From assembly GCF_018977255.1 (NCBI RefSeq), contig NW_024704743.1, forward strand, positions 73,658,001 to 73,722,000: a DNA stretch of 64,000 bases, read 5' to 3'. The notes beneath the pieces are model-generated. The model did not search any database and was not told the origin of the DNA. It worked only from the letters and a program-made list of their open reading frames with translations. Made by a program: the position numbers and the translations under genes. The DNA comes from Callorhinchus milii. Taxonomy: Eukaryota. Every line of letters begins with the position of its first letter. Position 1 is the stretch's first letter. Shown in pieces: positions 13,180 to 27,098 of the stretch.

Positions 13180-13470
13180 CTTTCTATCCATGGCCTTTCC
13201 CCCTCCTACCTCTCTGACCTGCTGACTTCCTACCAACTGCCCACTCCCTCCATTCAGCGGGCTCCGGCCTGCTCCATGCCTCCCGCCCGACCCGCCCTAC
13301 CATTGGTAACCGGGCCTTCAGCCTCTCTGCCCCCATACTCTGGAATTCCATCCTTCATCTCGCTTCCTCTTCGCCCTCCCTCCTACCCCACCCTGACCCA
13401 TGACTGTCCATCACCTTGGGACATCCTCCCAATGTGAATGGCACTCTATAAATGTAATTTTGTTGTTGTT
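13180..13470 (+). mobile_element. L2 3' fragment
   Basis: ctctggaattccatccttc...gggacatcctcccaatgtgaatggcactctataaatgtaattttgttgttgtt. Confidence 0.75.
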
Positions 13471-13576
13471 GAACAGTGCCAAGGATCTCTAACATCCACT
13501 GGAGAGCAGACAGAAATGACTTTAGATGTAACATCTAATCCACAAGACCGGTTTACTTCTATTACTCAGTTAAATT

Positions 13577-13720
13577 TGGCTCCAAAGTTACATGCTTGGC
13601 AACGGAATGTCAGAATTGATCGGTCTCCTGTGGCGACCGAGGTAATTGGTACTTCAAGCCACTGCCCAAACAATTCAGCTTATTGATAGGACTTGGAGGG
13701 GCAGACAAGTCACTGGGGGC
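13577..13720 (+). repeat. Partial copy of the unclassified dispersed repeat at 41440-41935
   Basis: 13577-13619 matches the reverse complement of 41821-41863 at 39/43 nt by hand. aggacttggaggggcagacaagtcactg also matches the main copy. Confidence 0.8.
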
Positions 13721-16700
13721 AGGGTGATCATAGCTGCCTGACAATGCCTTCAATTTTTGGCTGGTTAAACTCCAGCAACTTCCACAATTTGAAATGAGGG
13801 CAGGAATTGGACAGAAGTAGATTTATAAGGAACAAAATAACGAATAAACTCTCCCAGTATTTCCAATGATGATGATTCAGTCACATATACTCTAGGGATC
13901 ATGACTCATTTTGTTCACCTAAAGTGATGGCTGGAAGGGTTGATAAATGTGCTTTAAAAGCATCACTAGTTTAATTCTCCTCTAAGTAGACTGAAACCAA
14001 ATCAACTGAGTTCCTTTCCAATCAATTATCACATTCAGATTCCTTCATCAATTTCTACCATGATTAATGATTTGAACATTAAAAACAATCAGCTACTATG
14101 CTTATGTTAACTAGACAGTAAATTGAGTCTAAATTCTAAAAAAAATTTAAACGACAACGTTTTTCAAATCACTTCAAGTTTCTACAACAAATCCATTTTC
14201 ATCTTCCTTTCTTACTGCTTTTATGCAATTCCATTTTTACCTCCCAATTTCCCGTCCTTCTGCTGTCACCGTGCTCGTCTGCCTTCAAATCAGGATGGCA
14301 AGATTGTATGCATGTCAATGATCACTGTGTCTGCAATACAAGTAGTTCTAGATTGGCTTGGAGCACATTGCAACATGAGATAGATCTCTTTGTTGACTTT
14401 GGTCATCACCATCCAAAAAGATAGCAACCATGCCACACGGTTGAAGATTAATTCAAATGTTTGGCTAACTCCCGACAGAATACAAGAGATACTGAGTCTA
14501 AAAATCTAAATTAATCTTTCATGATAAACTGAGTACATCTGATAAAATATAAATGCAAGAAATACTCCAGTAGTGGTAGAGTTCTGTCAACTTTGTTGAT
14601 CCATTGAAATCATTTATGCTACAAATTACTGCTGTATTCATAGAATCCCTCATCAGAATTAAATAAAGTTTGTTCCTGACAGGTTATGCATACTACCTTG
14701 CTCCTCAGTGACAGTAATCATTTTCTATGCATGCACTCCCTCATCAGCTACAATGTTTTAAAAATTAAAATCTTGACAGATATTTTCCATTTCTAATAAT
14801 TGTCAAGAGGATCATCTAGGCAACAAAAGCAGGCACCAAAGCGCATCTGATATACACAAAGTTTTAATAATAGTGTATAAGGTTACAAACCTGACTCAGA
14901 TTTCACTTGAATTGCCAAAAGTTTTTTTTTCAGAAACAGCTTTCAAATCAATCTCTATAGAGTCAATCTCTTAACAAAGGATAAACACAATTTCTCACTA
15001 TGTTGTAATCAAGAAGAACCAGAGATCTTGAACAAATTTGCACAACTGTGTCCAATTTATCATTCAATTTAATTTCCAGTGCCAATTTAAAGTTCAAAGA
15101 GGTCATAAATGGAGAGAGTGGAGAAAGATCAGAGAGAAAATCACTCTCAAATCTGTTGATTGGTTGGTGATCAGTATTGTCAAACTGGTCAAACATTCTG
15201 ACTGGAGCATTGTTGATGCCAAAGGATTGAGAGGCTGGGAAAAGGATACAGAACAAAAAGACTCACTCGGAATAGTTTAGATTGGAACCAATTGGTTTTC
15301 CCCTCGGACAGACAGATGGTGAGTACATCAACCAACCTTGGATCTAACATAAATTCAGGAAACAGCTTGTTTATACCATGAAAAGATGCCGTGAGTGCTT
15401 CTTCTAAGGGAACTATACTAAAGTTTCATTAAGACAAATTACTGCAATAAAATTAAGCTTGTTATACCTGTCCACAATGACAAGGTTAAAAAGAAGCACC
15501 CATCATAAATGCCTAAGAAATTATCAAATAATTAAAATATTACGGGGATTATTTTAAAAAAGGGATAAATTTTACCTCAATCCCATTGTATGCTGATTGC
15601 CAATAATAGCACAGTTTTCATCATCGGTAAATACTTCCAATAAAACACCATTATAACAGGGAGTGGGAGGGGTATGGACCCTAATATTTATTTACCAAAA
15701 AATACAAAATATGCACGGAAAGCCAGCCCACTCAGCCTCACATCATGATGTTGCGAAAGACGCTATAGAAATGTAAATTTGTTTGTTGTTACATTTCAAA
15801 ACTTCTTATGTGATGACAAACAACATTTGAAACGTGATATATATGAACAAAGGCAGACAGCTTTATGCACACGCACTCTCAGTGACGCCACCGTCACGCA
15901 ATCAGTCATGACATGATATGACATTGCTGACCAGTAATTGAGCCTTGTTAAAATAATAATCCTTACATTTGATATTCACACCTCACTCGTTAAGAACATT
16001 TGGAGAGATTTACAAGATCGCTTTCTCTTCATAAGATTTACTGTAAGGTACAGTCACTGTGTATCCGATAGGGGTAAATGCTAATTTGTACAGAGTAATA
16101 TGGGGCATTGAGGTATCATGGAGCCTCAACTGTCACCTTATAAACAAGGATCTGCTGTATAAACCTCCTCAGAAATTAGAGTGGAGTTCCAGAGAATCAG
16201 CCTGAGATAAATTCAGGCACCTTCAGGATTTGTTCTTTGCAAATCCCCTAAATTAGATAAGCACAGACACTGGCAATTTAATATGAACATGGCTTAATGC
16301 ACAATTTAACTTGCCTCAAACTTTTTATGGTTTCGTCCACTCCCAGAAAGGAAATATTTTTTGTTTTTCAAATTTGTTTGTAAAGTGAAGTCATTTTGAT
16401 TTAACATAATCACCTCCTTGTGTACACCCAAAGCTTTATCTTAAGTATCTCTCGATCTATCTCAATGAAAGATATTTTCCACACCAAATCAGTGTCCAAG
16501 CCCCTGTACGTGGTGGAACAGTTTCATGGCAAGTTGATGGATGAAACGAAGGATAATGAAATGGTAAGAAATGAAAACAAATTTCTCCTGCAGTCTATTT
16601 ACAATACATAAGTGGATTATAAAAAAATGTATTTTCAATTTCATGACTGAGACACAGCTCGGAAAAAAAATGTGTCACCTGAAACGCCTCACTTTTGAGG

Positions 16701-16754
16701 ACCATTTTTAGCTCAGAGCTTTCTATTGTCCTCACACTTGGCCTCTGCCAGATA

Positions 16755-17180
16755 TCAGCCTGTCTCAATTGGTGGCACTCTCACCTGAGTTAGAAGCTTG
16801 TGGGTTCAAGCCTCATGTTGGGACTTTGAACACACCGTCTAAGCTGACACATCAATGCAATGGTGTGGGTGTTCTGCTTTACTAGAGGTGCCATCTTTCA
16901 GATGAGATAATAAAGGTCTGCCTATTCAGGCAGACATTAAAGATCCCATAGCATTATTTGAAAAGAGAAAGGAGTTTCGTCCAGTGCCCTGGCCAACATT
17001 CCCCCAGATGAAATTAGTTACTCACTTTATGGCAGTTTATGAAACATTATTGTTCACACATTGGCTGTCAGGTTAACATTTCATAGTAAAATCACAGTAA
17101 AAACAATTACATTTAACTGTAAAATCTTGTGAAGCACTTTGAAACAATGTGATAAGGCACAACATCAAATGCAGTGTATA
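16755..17180 (+). mobile_element. Near full-length Deu-domain SINE
   Basis: tRNA-like head (gtctcaattggtggcactctc...gtgggttcaagcc), Deu-type core (tgccatctttcagatgag...ttaaagatcccatagcattatttgaa) and a shared 3' tail. Confidence 0.75.
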
Positions 17181-20100
17181 TTACCAGCATTGTGAAGTGT
17201 AGCGACTGTGCAGTTATAGGTGAATTCAGTTCTCATAAACAGCCATGATGTGAATGATCAATTTTATCTGAGGATCGTTGGCCAGGACTTCGGAAGAAAC
17301 TCACTTCTCTTTTTGAATAGTACCATGTAATCTTTAATGTGTACCTGAACAGACTCTACCATTCACCTACAAAATACACTCATTACATTTTACCATAAAA
17401 TCTGTGAAGCGCTTCAAGATGTCCTCCCAAAGGTGGTATATCAAATGCAAGGATAATTATTACCTAATTTGTCAATGACTCACACTGCATCTGACAACAT
17501 GATCCAGATGCAAGCAAACTACCACTCTGAAATAGGAGAAATACACTCCTACTGAAGAACTGAGAAATTATTTTGAGTTTTCTATAACTTTCTAGGCAGC
17601 GCTTCTTCACACAACCCTAAGGCCAACCGGGCCATTTTTTTCATCAAATAAACATGAATATTTGATAGGTTTTCTATACATTTTAAAGGTGGCACGCAAT
17701 GCTGACGTATAAAACAAAAGCTTTCAGTGGTAAGGGCCTGGTTTTAATGAAAGCCTGGAGTTATAATACAGATCTGAAATTCCATAAACAGAAACAATGC
17801 AGTAAGTTTGTAATGAAATCCACAGTGCTATGCTGGCTTTCTGTGGCTCCTGAGCAAAGTCAAAGCAGAGGAACTGATAGCCTGCACATGATTTGTTGTT
17901 GCTAATATAAAGCACTGGGAACCATTCAGCAGACTGACAAACTAACTGCAGCAGGTCAGCACATTGCATCTCTGAGGAAAGACAGATTTAAAATTAAATT
18001 AAAATCTCTTCTATGCATATTCTTCACTTGTGAAGAAAGTTTTGGTAATAAAGGTGTTGAACAATATAAATGCACAGTTTTAAAACAGTTCTTTACTTAC
18101 ATAATTTTCTGAATACATTTAAATTATACATGGATAATGTAATATGTAAATATAGAAATAAACTGTGATCAGAAAATCTACCAGTTTTTAAGCATCAATC
18201 AGTATTGAAATAAACCGATGCACAATATAAGCCAAACATTGCACCGAGCAGTAACTGGTTGACTGAATTTAATTTACACTACAGCTTCTTCATACCAGTA
18301 GTATATTGGATTTCACTATGCCACTAGGTAGTTGGTGATTACTTGTAACACTGCCCATCAGTTCTCATTCTGGCTTGCCTTTTGTTCTGCGGCAGAGCAT
18401 ACTATTTTTGTTCAATTGGATTTTTGTTTTCTTAATTAGATTTCTCTTGTGGGTCTATTGGGTTTAGCTTTTTATTAAGGTTGGTTATTGGTCAGTGCAG
18501 TTTCTCACTGTAAAGCAATCAGTGATCAGCAGCCCAGTGTTTCTCCTGTCTCTATTGTAATTAGCATTGGTCTGAATGATTTGACATTTTACTGAAGTAC
18601 AGCCAAACCAAAAGTGTGACATTTATTCAGTAAATACCTCAGATTTATTGCAATAGGGTGTCCTTAGTATTAGCAGGTTCCTTCTGCCATAACTGAAGCC
18701 TGATCTGGAAAGGTTTTCGGTTCCCTGTGACAGCATATCTTTTTCTTCATCTCAACAGAGAATCTGATTTTATAACATGACAGGAACAGTTTTCCCTTTT
18801 CACGCTTTAAATTCAAATACAATACCTGCATTAATTTTTTTTAAAAAAAGGCAGAATATCATTTGGAAAGCACAAAAAGCTCCAGTTCAAGTTCAATTCT
18901 TACCATTGAAAGGTCACTGCATAATCTCAATATACCTAAAGGCAGGGCTCAGCATCAGCATATGTCTTAATGTTCCAGGCACTCATTTGTTTGCAGACAA
19001 GTCCAATGAAGTGGGTGAGAAACCCAAAGCTAGCCCGTCCTCTCTCACACGTTCCATGTACAACCAAAGTGATCCCCTTAACCTGATGTAAAACATCTAC
19101 CATCCACCCATGCTCTTGCTCCACAACATTGTACTGTACTCTCCTATTTGCTCAGTTCAAGATGTTCAGGGAAGGCAAGACTATTCCAGCCTCTGTTAGC
19201 TCCAACACCAGCATTTTGGTTATAGTATTACTGTCATTGCCTTGGGATGTCCTTCTGACATGAAAAGCACTATGTAAATGTAATTTTGTTGTTATATTAG
19301 AAGAACTATCAGAGTGTGAAGAAGGCAAATTTTTCCCCTTCATGGCTATAGTGAGACATTGCTGTGCGCCAATTGGCTGATGCATTCATCGACACATAAA
19401 GACAGTCACTAACTACACTTTACAGCAAAAATCCTGTGAGACTCTTTGAGACGGCCTAATGATGTGAAAGACACTAATTATATCAAAGGGAAGGATTATT
19501 AAGAGTGGGGTTAGTCCTGCTTCCAACTAGATTGTCTCACTCTAAAACAGGTAATAGATTGATACGTTACATTTAATAATAAATAATCCTTGCATTTGCT
19601 ATAGCGCCTTATCAGGTCATTGAGATGTCTCAAAGCACTTCACAGAATATACTGTAAAATGTAGTGATTGTGTATTTTGTGGGCGAAACTCCACAGCCAA
19701 TTGCACACAGCAATGTCCCACAAACAATCGTGGATTAAGTGACAAAAAAAAAGCCAAGGAGGCATTGGAGAAATCAAAGCGGAAAGTGACGAAGGCATGG
19801 ATAAAGGTTTCAGCTGCGTTGGGTATGAGATATGTCGGAGATAAGCAATGTGGTGGAGTTGGAGGAAAGCCTGGTCAATTGATCAATAATGTGATTGCAA
19901 CTTTTGAAGAGGATTCCAAATTGAACCGTACTATTGTTGTTTGCTTGTACTGTACAAGCAAGTACTTGATTGATACAGGTTGGTACTTGAGCAGATGTTA
20001 CTGCTTCAATTTCAATGCTCCTTCTGGATTGCCAGTGTGAATTATTCACCACACCTGCTCATTCTAGGATATATTTGTTCCATACACTTTGTCAGCTACC

Positions 20101-20504
20101 ATATTAAGAATGAACCATATTTGTGCTACAATAAGAATTCACGTGCCAAAAGTTTAAAACAGCCTGTAACGATTACAATGTGTTCCAAATTGGGATTTTA
20201 GGTGGATCTTAAAACACTTGGTTAGTTCCACAAGAGGTTTAAATTAAGAGGGTGTACAGATTGATTTGTTTTTTCCCCTAACAACAATGTATAATTAATT
20301 GAGAAACTGAAGTATTGTGTTGAAATAAGAGTGAAGTTTAAATATCTCAAAGCTCACTTTGCCCCAAAGCTAAACCTGTCCTGTACTTTCAATGTCCCAG
20401 AGCCAGTCTGTTGAATAATTTTTTAAGCCTTTTAGAATGAGAGAGGATGAAGGAAGTAAAATGGCCAAACACAGGGAGAAGTCCTTACTCAAGACTTATT
20501 CAAG

Positions 20505-20895
20505 TAATTTCAAGATCCTCACCCTCGTATTCAAGTACTTGCACTCCTCTACACCCCCCTACCTCTCTGACCTCCTCAACTCCTCAGCACAGTACCCGTT
20601 GCCTTCGTTCCTCCGGGTCTGGCCTCCTCCTTGTCCCCCGAGTCCTCCACTCCACCCTCGGCGGCCGTGCCTTCAGCCACTATGCCCCGAGACTCTGGAA
20701 CTGCCTTCCTCATTTCCTTTGTCTCACTCCCTCCCTTCCCATTTTCAGGTCTCTGTTGAAGCCCTTTCTTTTCGACTGGGCCTTTGGTCACCTTCCTCCC
20801 CCTCCCCCTGGCTCGGTCCCGGGATCCTAAACTGTAAAGCACTCTGAGATGCCGTCCGGCATGGAGGGCGCTATATAAATCCAAGTTGTTGTTGT
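20505..20895 (+). mobile_element. L2 3' fragment (second tail type)
   Basis: FKILTLVFK...GGRAFSHYAPRLWN...LKPFLFD; tail gagatgccgtccggcatggagggcgctatataaatccaagttgttgttgtt. Confidence 0.85.
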
Positions 20896-23304
20896 TACTC
20901 TTCAAAAGATAATTGGACCTTGCCATAACGTGCTCTGTTATAGTATTACACTTCAACACTGACTGGCTCTGAGATGTATACAGCACTCCCAAGACATTAT
21001 CCTACGTGAAGGATACTTAATAATAAATGCAAGTTGTTTTTGTTGGCTGGCTTCCTGTAGGAACATGATTTTATTTTAAATAATCAGAAATGTATCTACA
21101 ATTGTGTTAAAACAACAAAGGACGGACTATTTAGCAGTAAACCATAAACCTGTAGAAATTGGTGACTACATCTGCAGTACGACTATTGATTCAATAATTA
21201 TATGATCTCACTGACAAAGATTGCATGGAACAGAGAGAGCAATTGAATGGTTTCTTATGCAGACTTAACCAACCATAAAAACTCTGAAAGCAAAATGTGT
21301 CAGTTTCTTGTGTCCTGAAGGCGAAGTAAAAACATCAATGACAATAATACAAAAGCTTAAATAATTATACCCCTGAGTTCACAATACAAAGTTGACAGCA
21401 CAATGATCTGCAAAGAAAGAAAATTGGTCACGTAATAGGGAAACACACAAGAAAATGTCCATTAAATACTCTGCAACATTAGAATATATTTGCAATCATC
21501 AAGGAAGCGATGTCAGTGCTGGTGAATGGAACATTTTATAACTTTTATCATGGCTGGCTGACACCAAGTTGTCTTACAATCAGAACAAAAATATCTTCCT
21601 GCAATGTAACAGAGTGGAGTTGCTGGAGCTCCTCTCCATCAAACCTCATTGCTTTTTAACATCACACCTCACGATCCAGGGTTATTCAGTGACCGAGATA
21701 GTTCTCAATATTGGCATAGTTGAGACATGTTTAAGAAAAAATTAAATCAGCCAGTCCTAAAATTAACTACAGCGCTCAGTGAACCTGCAGGGCTCTGTGA
21801 CACACTTACAGCACTCGAGCACTGTGCTTTCAGGCACTGAAGAGACAACTTACTCAGCCCCAGAAATTTGTTTCATAGCTACCAGAAATCCTCGCTGAAC
21901 TAAACGTGATCAGATTACCTCTCTACAAACTGCAATTCAATCCGAAGATGAAGGTTATTCAAACTTTTGTGCAGGGAGTGGAGGAAAGACTAAACATTGG
22001 CAAATCCAAAAAGGGTTACAAAGGTGATCTGTACTTTAGGGGAGAAAGGTACATAATAATCTTTGCATTTGATATAGACAATATCATTGTCAAAATATCT
22101 CAAATTACTGTAAAGTGCAATCACTTCGCTAGTGTGGACCAGTTGGGCTGGTTGACAATAGCTGTTAGCAGGGGTCAAGGAGGTGGAGCTGGGAGGTCAT
22201 AAGAAAGGTAGGGAAGGTGTCAAGGGACCACGTGGTGAGATTTATTTGGGATATGACTCTTACATGGAACGATAAAGATAATTACATCTTGATTCTCCTT
22301 ATATGTGCTTTACGACATCCTGCCGACCTGAAAAGCGATATATAAATGTAACTTTGTATTATATTATATGTTCCTACTTGGTGATTTGATCTGCAGGCAT
22401 GAGGGTCCATTTCCATATATACCTCACCTCCTTGGTTGTGCTATCCTCTCCCCTCTCAGCCAGCTGTGTGAACTGCTTTGAGATGGCCTCTTGACATGAA
22501 AGTTGCAATATAAAAGTAAATCGTAGAATTGTATTGAACCAGTGTTCTACTACAATCATTGAGCAATATTACAAAGATGTTTGCAGGTGTATTTTCCTCC
22601 CCCTCCTTCCCATAAAATGCTTGTTTTTAAAAACAGTTCAAGGACACACACAAAAAAAGCTTCACCAGAAATCTTTTCTTCAAAAATAAATCAATGTAAT
22701 TTATACGTATTACAGAAAGTGTACAGGAAAGCACATTGTTAAATGTAGGGAACTGTGACCCAGGAATTAATAAATAGCATTTATTCATATTTTTCACTGT
22801 TATTTTTGAAATCTATGGGTGAGTTGTGCAGACACCAGGAAGCACAAAACACAGGTTTTACTTCAGAACGTGGGTGGTGAGAGAAAGCTTTATACAGCCA
22901 GCTGCATTAAATATTGCTCCAATCTGTGCAATAACCCAAAGGTATTACAAATTGTTGGCACATAATTTGTTATCTCAGAAAGCACAGCATGTTGCCTAGA
23001 GTGGCATAAAATGTTTATTGCTGATTAAAGAGAACCAGCTTTAAGCTAAAAATGATGTTGATGCTCTGCAGCAAACAGCTCGCAATCTGCAGTGCTATAA
23101 ATTTACTCATAATTCGTAGGAAATTATAGTAGCTGAAAGGGAAGCCTAAATATCTATCATAAATGTAAAATGACCATCACTGTATAACCTGGGTATATTG
23201 TCCCATTTTGGCCAAGTTGGATAATAATAGCAATAATAATAATCCTTGCATTTGATATAGCGTCTATCACTTCTTCGAGACATCTAAAGAGCTTTTCAGA
23301 ATAT

Positions 23305-24310
23305 ACAACAACTTGTACTTATTATAGTGCCCTCCACGAAGGTTAGTGTCTCAGAGCACTTAACAATGACTCCGAGCTGAGGGGAGGGGGAGGTGGCCGT
23401 AAGCACCATCTAAAAGGAAGGTTTTCAGGCAGGACTTGAAAAAGGGGAGAGAGGGAGTAAGGCGGAGGGGTTGAGGGAGAGAGTTCCACAGTTTTGGGTT
23501 GTAGTGGCTGAAAGCACGACCTCGAATAGTGGAGCGGGGGGTGCGAGGAACAAGCAGGAGACCGGTTCCAGACGAGCAGAGGCGCTGGGTGGTGGATTGG
23601 GGAGTGAGGAGGTTGGTGAGGTAGGGAGGTGCTAGGGAATGAAAGGATTTGAACACGCGTGTGATGATCTTGAAGTCGATCCATTCCATGATGGGGAGCC
23701 AGTGGAGCCTGGCCAGAGCTGGTGAAATAGGGGTACAGAGTTTGGTCCGAGTAAGTGCGGGGTTGCAGAGTTCTGAATGAGCTGGATCTTTTGAATAAAA
23801 CAGTAACAAAAATGAACTTATATAGCAGAGTAGTGGAGCTGGGGAGACTGGCGAGGGTGGGGCTGATGGGGTCACGGAGCCTGGTGTGGGAGAGGACACG
23901 AGCTGCATAGTTCTGGATGATCTGCAGCTTGTGGAGGGAAGAGTTGGGAAGGCCGACAAGCAGGCATAGTTGAGCCTAGATATAATAAATGCATCTATGA
24001 GGGTTTCGGCAGCCTGAGGGGTGAGGCAGTGGCGGAGCTGGGCGATGTTGCGGAGGTGGAGGAAGACAAAGCCGGTCATGGCATGGATGTGGGATAGAAC
24101 ACAACAAAATTACATATGTAAAGCGCCTTTCACATCGGGAGGATATCCCAAGGCGCTGGAATAGTTGACGGTCGAACAAAACGCCAATGTTCCAGACTGG
24201 TTCAGTGAGGTGGAGTGTACATCCATGGATATTGATGCTGTCAGTGCCTAAAGCGTGGAGGCGCTGACAGGAGCCAATCAGGAGGGCCTCGGTCTTGTTG
24301 ACATTCAACT
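23305..24310 (-). mobile_element. Composite L2 ORF2 fragments with nested tail insertions
   Basis: The ORF track shows LNVNKTEALLIGS, FISRL-type, LHWLP and GRAFSHYNPKLWNSLP motifs. An L2 tail sits inside at ~24098-24160, and the LARLHWLP-proximal segment is duplicated. Confidence 0.85.
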
Positions 24311-25715
24311 GTAAAATGAAATGACTGTACATTTTTGTCGGTGAAAAGCGGCAGCCAATTGCGTAAAGCAATATCCCACAAACAGTCGTGGATTGAGTGA
24401 CCAAATTATTATTTGTTTTTAAATTGAAGGGATTATTACCCCAGGAAAAGCGATCCACCAATCGACTAACACATGAAATAAAACATTGTGAGAGATGGCT
24501 AAGATGGCTGCATAATATTTATCGTCCTTTGCCTCCATCTCACATGTAACCATAATGATTCATCCATCTAAAAGAAAAGTTTGCACATCAAAATATTACA
24601 GAGGTCCTTGACTGCATCACAGCTACATCTGAAAATATTTCAGCAATTTCTGCCAAGGATAAAGGTGCAAATTTGTCCAGATGTTCAATTCCTTGATGAT
24701 TGTCGTGTCTTTCACAGCAGTTTAAACATTTTGCAGGCTTTCAGTAAATATTACGCTAGGCACCAGCTAACCTGAAAAACACTCTTGATCTGCTGTCATT
24801 CTTCCAAACACTATGCTAATACTAGAAAGACAGCCTATTTATTTTATCATGGCCCAGTGAAGGCAGAACTAAGTTCACCAAACCTCTTTGAAAAAGAAAT
24901 GCAATTTATCAGTCCTTAAACTAATCTGTCCAATTTCCTTGTTGCTCATTTAATAACAGGATCAACAGCAGATCTTCCAAAGTGATGGAATGCTCATTAA
25001 CTGGTTGTCACACCAACACTCAATCCAGTAAAAGATCAGTGTGTCCTCTTTACACAAGAGACTTTCAGACACAATCCTAAGCTTCTATTCTACTATTCAA
25101 ACTCTACTGAAATGCGGTCTTGAAATGTAAGCAAATACTGACAGAAAACACAATTTCAATCAATACCTAATAAAAGTTTGACAAGACATTTATCCTTTAG
25201 ACCCAATCGTATATCTCTACTTCTCCCTATATACCGTGTTCCCCCGCCTTCTTAAAGTCCTTTATGCAAGGTCCCAGTGAAAAAAATACTGCAGGTACAG
25301 ACTACAGCTCAGCCAACAGAGGGAACTGAAAGTTGAATGAGAGACAATAAGCATCTAATGAATAATAATCATAATCCTTATATTTGATATAGCGCCTTTC
25401 ACATCACAGAATGTGTCAAAGCACGTCACAGGATTTACTGCAGTGCAATGTACCTTGTGGGCGAATGTGGCAGCCAATGTCTCCTGTGATCTAGTGCATC
25501 AAAATTCTGAAAACCACATTAATCTGCCCACTCCCTCTAGTCAGCAGGCACAGTCCCCTGCCCTAGCTGCTCCACCATCGTCAGTCGGGCCTTCCGACTT
25601 TCTGTCCCCACTCTATGGAACTCCATCCCGAAGTCCTTTCACCTCACCCTTCCCCTGCCTCCTTCTCAAGATCCATCTCAAGATCTTTCTCTTTGACTAT
25701 CCCTTTGGTCATCTT

Positions 25716-25985
25716 GTGGACTTCTGTAGCTCAGTGGTTAGAGCACTTGCCTGGCAAGCGAGAGACCTGGGTTTGATACCCAGCAGAGTGAAACCTTGGG
25801 CAGGTTTCCTTACTCTACATGCCTGATAATAATCCCTCAAGAACAAACAATAATAAATTGGTCATTTCAATCCACGACTATTTGTGGGACACTGCTGTGC
25901 GCAATTGGCTGCTGCATTTCGGCCACAATATACGCAGTCAATTCACTTTACAGTGTATTCTGTGAAGTGCTTTGAGACATCTAGA
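25716..25985 (+). mobile_element. tRNA-derived SINE
   Basis: gtggacttctgtagctcagtggttagagcacttgcctggcaagcgagagacctgggtttgatacc; same family as 44743. Confidence 0.88.
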
Positions 25986-26059
25986 AGATAATCATCTTCC
26001 CCTTCCCCCTCCACGCTCTTTCCCCGAACCAAACCCACAGTTGGGTACAAACTCTTGAT

Positions 26060-27098
26060 TGTCCAGCACCTTGAGATATTGAGAGTATGATCCTAAATGC
26101 TTCACAGAATATACCATGAAGGAGAACAGTTTGTGAGCGAACATAGCAAACAATTTTATGCACATCAATGACCGAGAAATAGCCATGAAATGAATAACCA
26201 ATTTTATTTGGGGTATTGTTGGCCAGGACACTTGAAGAAACTCCCTGCTCTTTTCAAATAGTATCATGGGATTTTTAATGTACACCGAACAGGCAGACAG
26301 AGCCTTAGTTTAACATCTCATGCGAATGATGGCACCTCCAACATTGTAGCACACCCCAACAGTGCATTGGAGCGTCAATTTAAGATTATATGGGTTCCAA
26401 GTCCCGATGTGAGGTTTGAACCATCGGTGGATGCGCTTTCAGCCACTATGCTCTGAAGCTTTGGAACATGCTTACACCCATCCTCTATCCCTCCGGTTTG
26501 CCCCTTCCTTCCCCAACTTCAGGTCGCGCCTGAAGACCTTCCTCTTCGACCTTCCTACAGTCAATTCAACCTCCCCGGGCTCAGCATCGTGCTCCACCAC
26601 TGGCAAGTGCTCTGGGATGCTACTCTGTGTGAGGGTCGCTATATTACTACAACAACAAAATTACATTTGTTTAGCGCCTTTCACGTCAGGGGACGTCCCA
26701 AAGCGCTGGACAGAGTTACGGACCTGAACTGAGGGTCAGGTTGGGGGAGAATAGAGGGCGGAGGGGGCAACAGGGTGATCGAAAGCACGGTCGTAGAGGA
26801 GGGTCTTGAGGTGGGTCTTGAAGGTGGCGAGACGGAGGGACTGCGGGATGGAGTTCCAGAGGGTGGGGGCAGAGTGGCGGAAGGCCCACCTGCCAATAGT
26901 GGGGTGAGCAAGACAGGGGACATGAAACAGGCCGGAGGCCGCTGAGCGGAGGGAGCGAACAGGATGGTAGGGGTTAGGAGTTCGGAGAGGTAGGGGGGAG
27001 CAAGACTGTGGAGGGCTTTGAAAGTGAGGACCAGTTATTGTTGAACCCACAACCTCCTGGCTCAGAGGCAAAAGTGCTACTACCTGAGCGCGACTGAC
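26060..27098 (-). mobile_element. Deu-domain SINE split by two tail-to-tail L2 3' fragments (~26423-27040)
   Basis: The SINE body runs to ...gaggtttgaacc (26422). The head resumes at ttgaacccacaacctcctggctcagaggc...ctgaca (27041-27098). Between them lie L2 fragments on + (26430-26648) and - (26650-27030). Confidence 0.75.

Noticed and set aside
22420..22520. Exon-like minus-strand peptide SCQEAISKQFTQLAERGEDSTTKE with a gtgag donor
   Set aside because: The upstream part is a diverged SINE/L2 tail in reverse, and the peptide does not resemble Acl4.
23360..24079. 239-aa ORF as a host gene
   Set aside because: It is a frameshifted mosaic of L2 ORF2 fragments.
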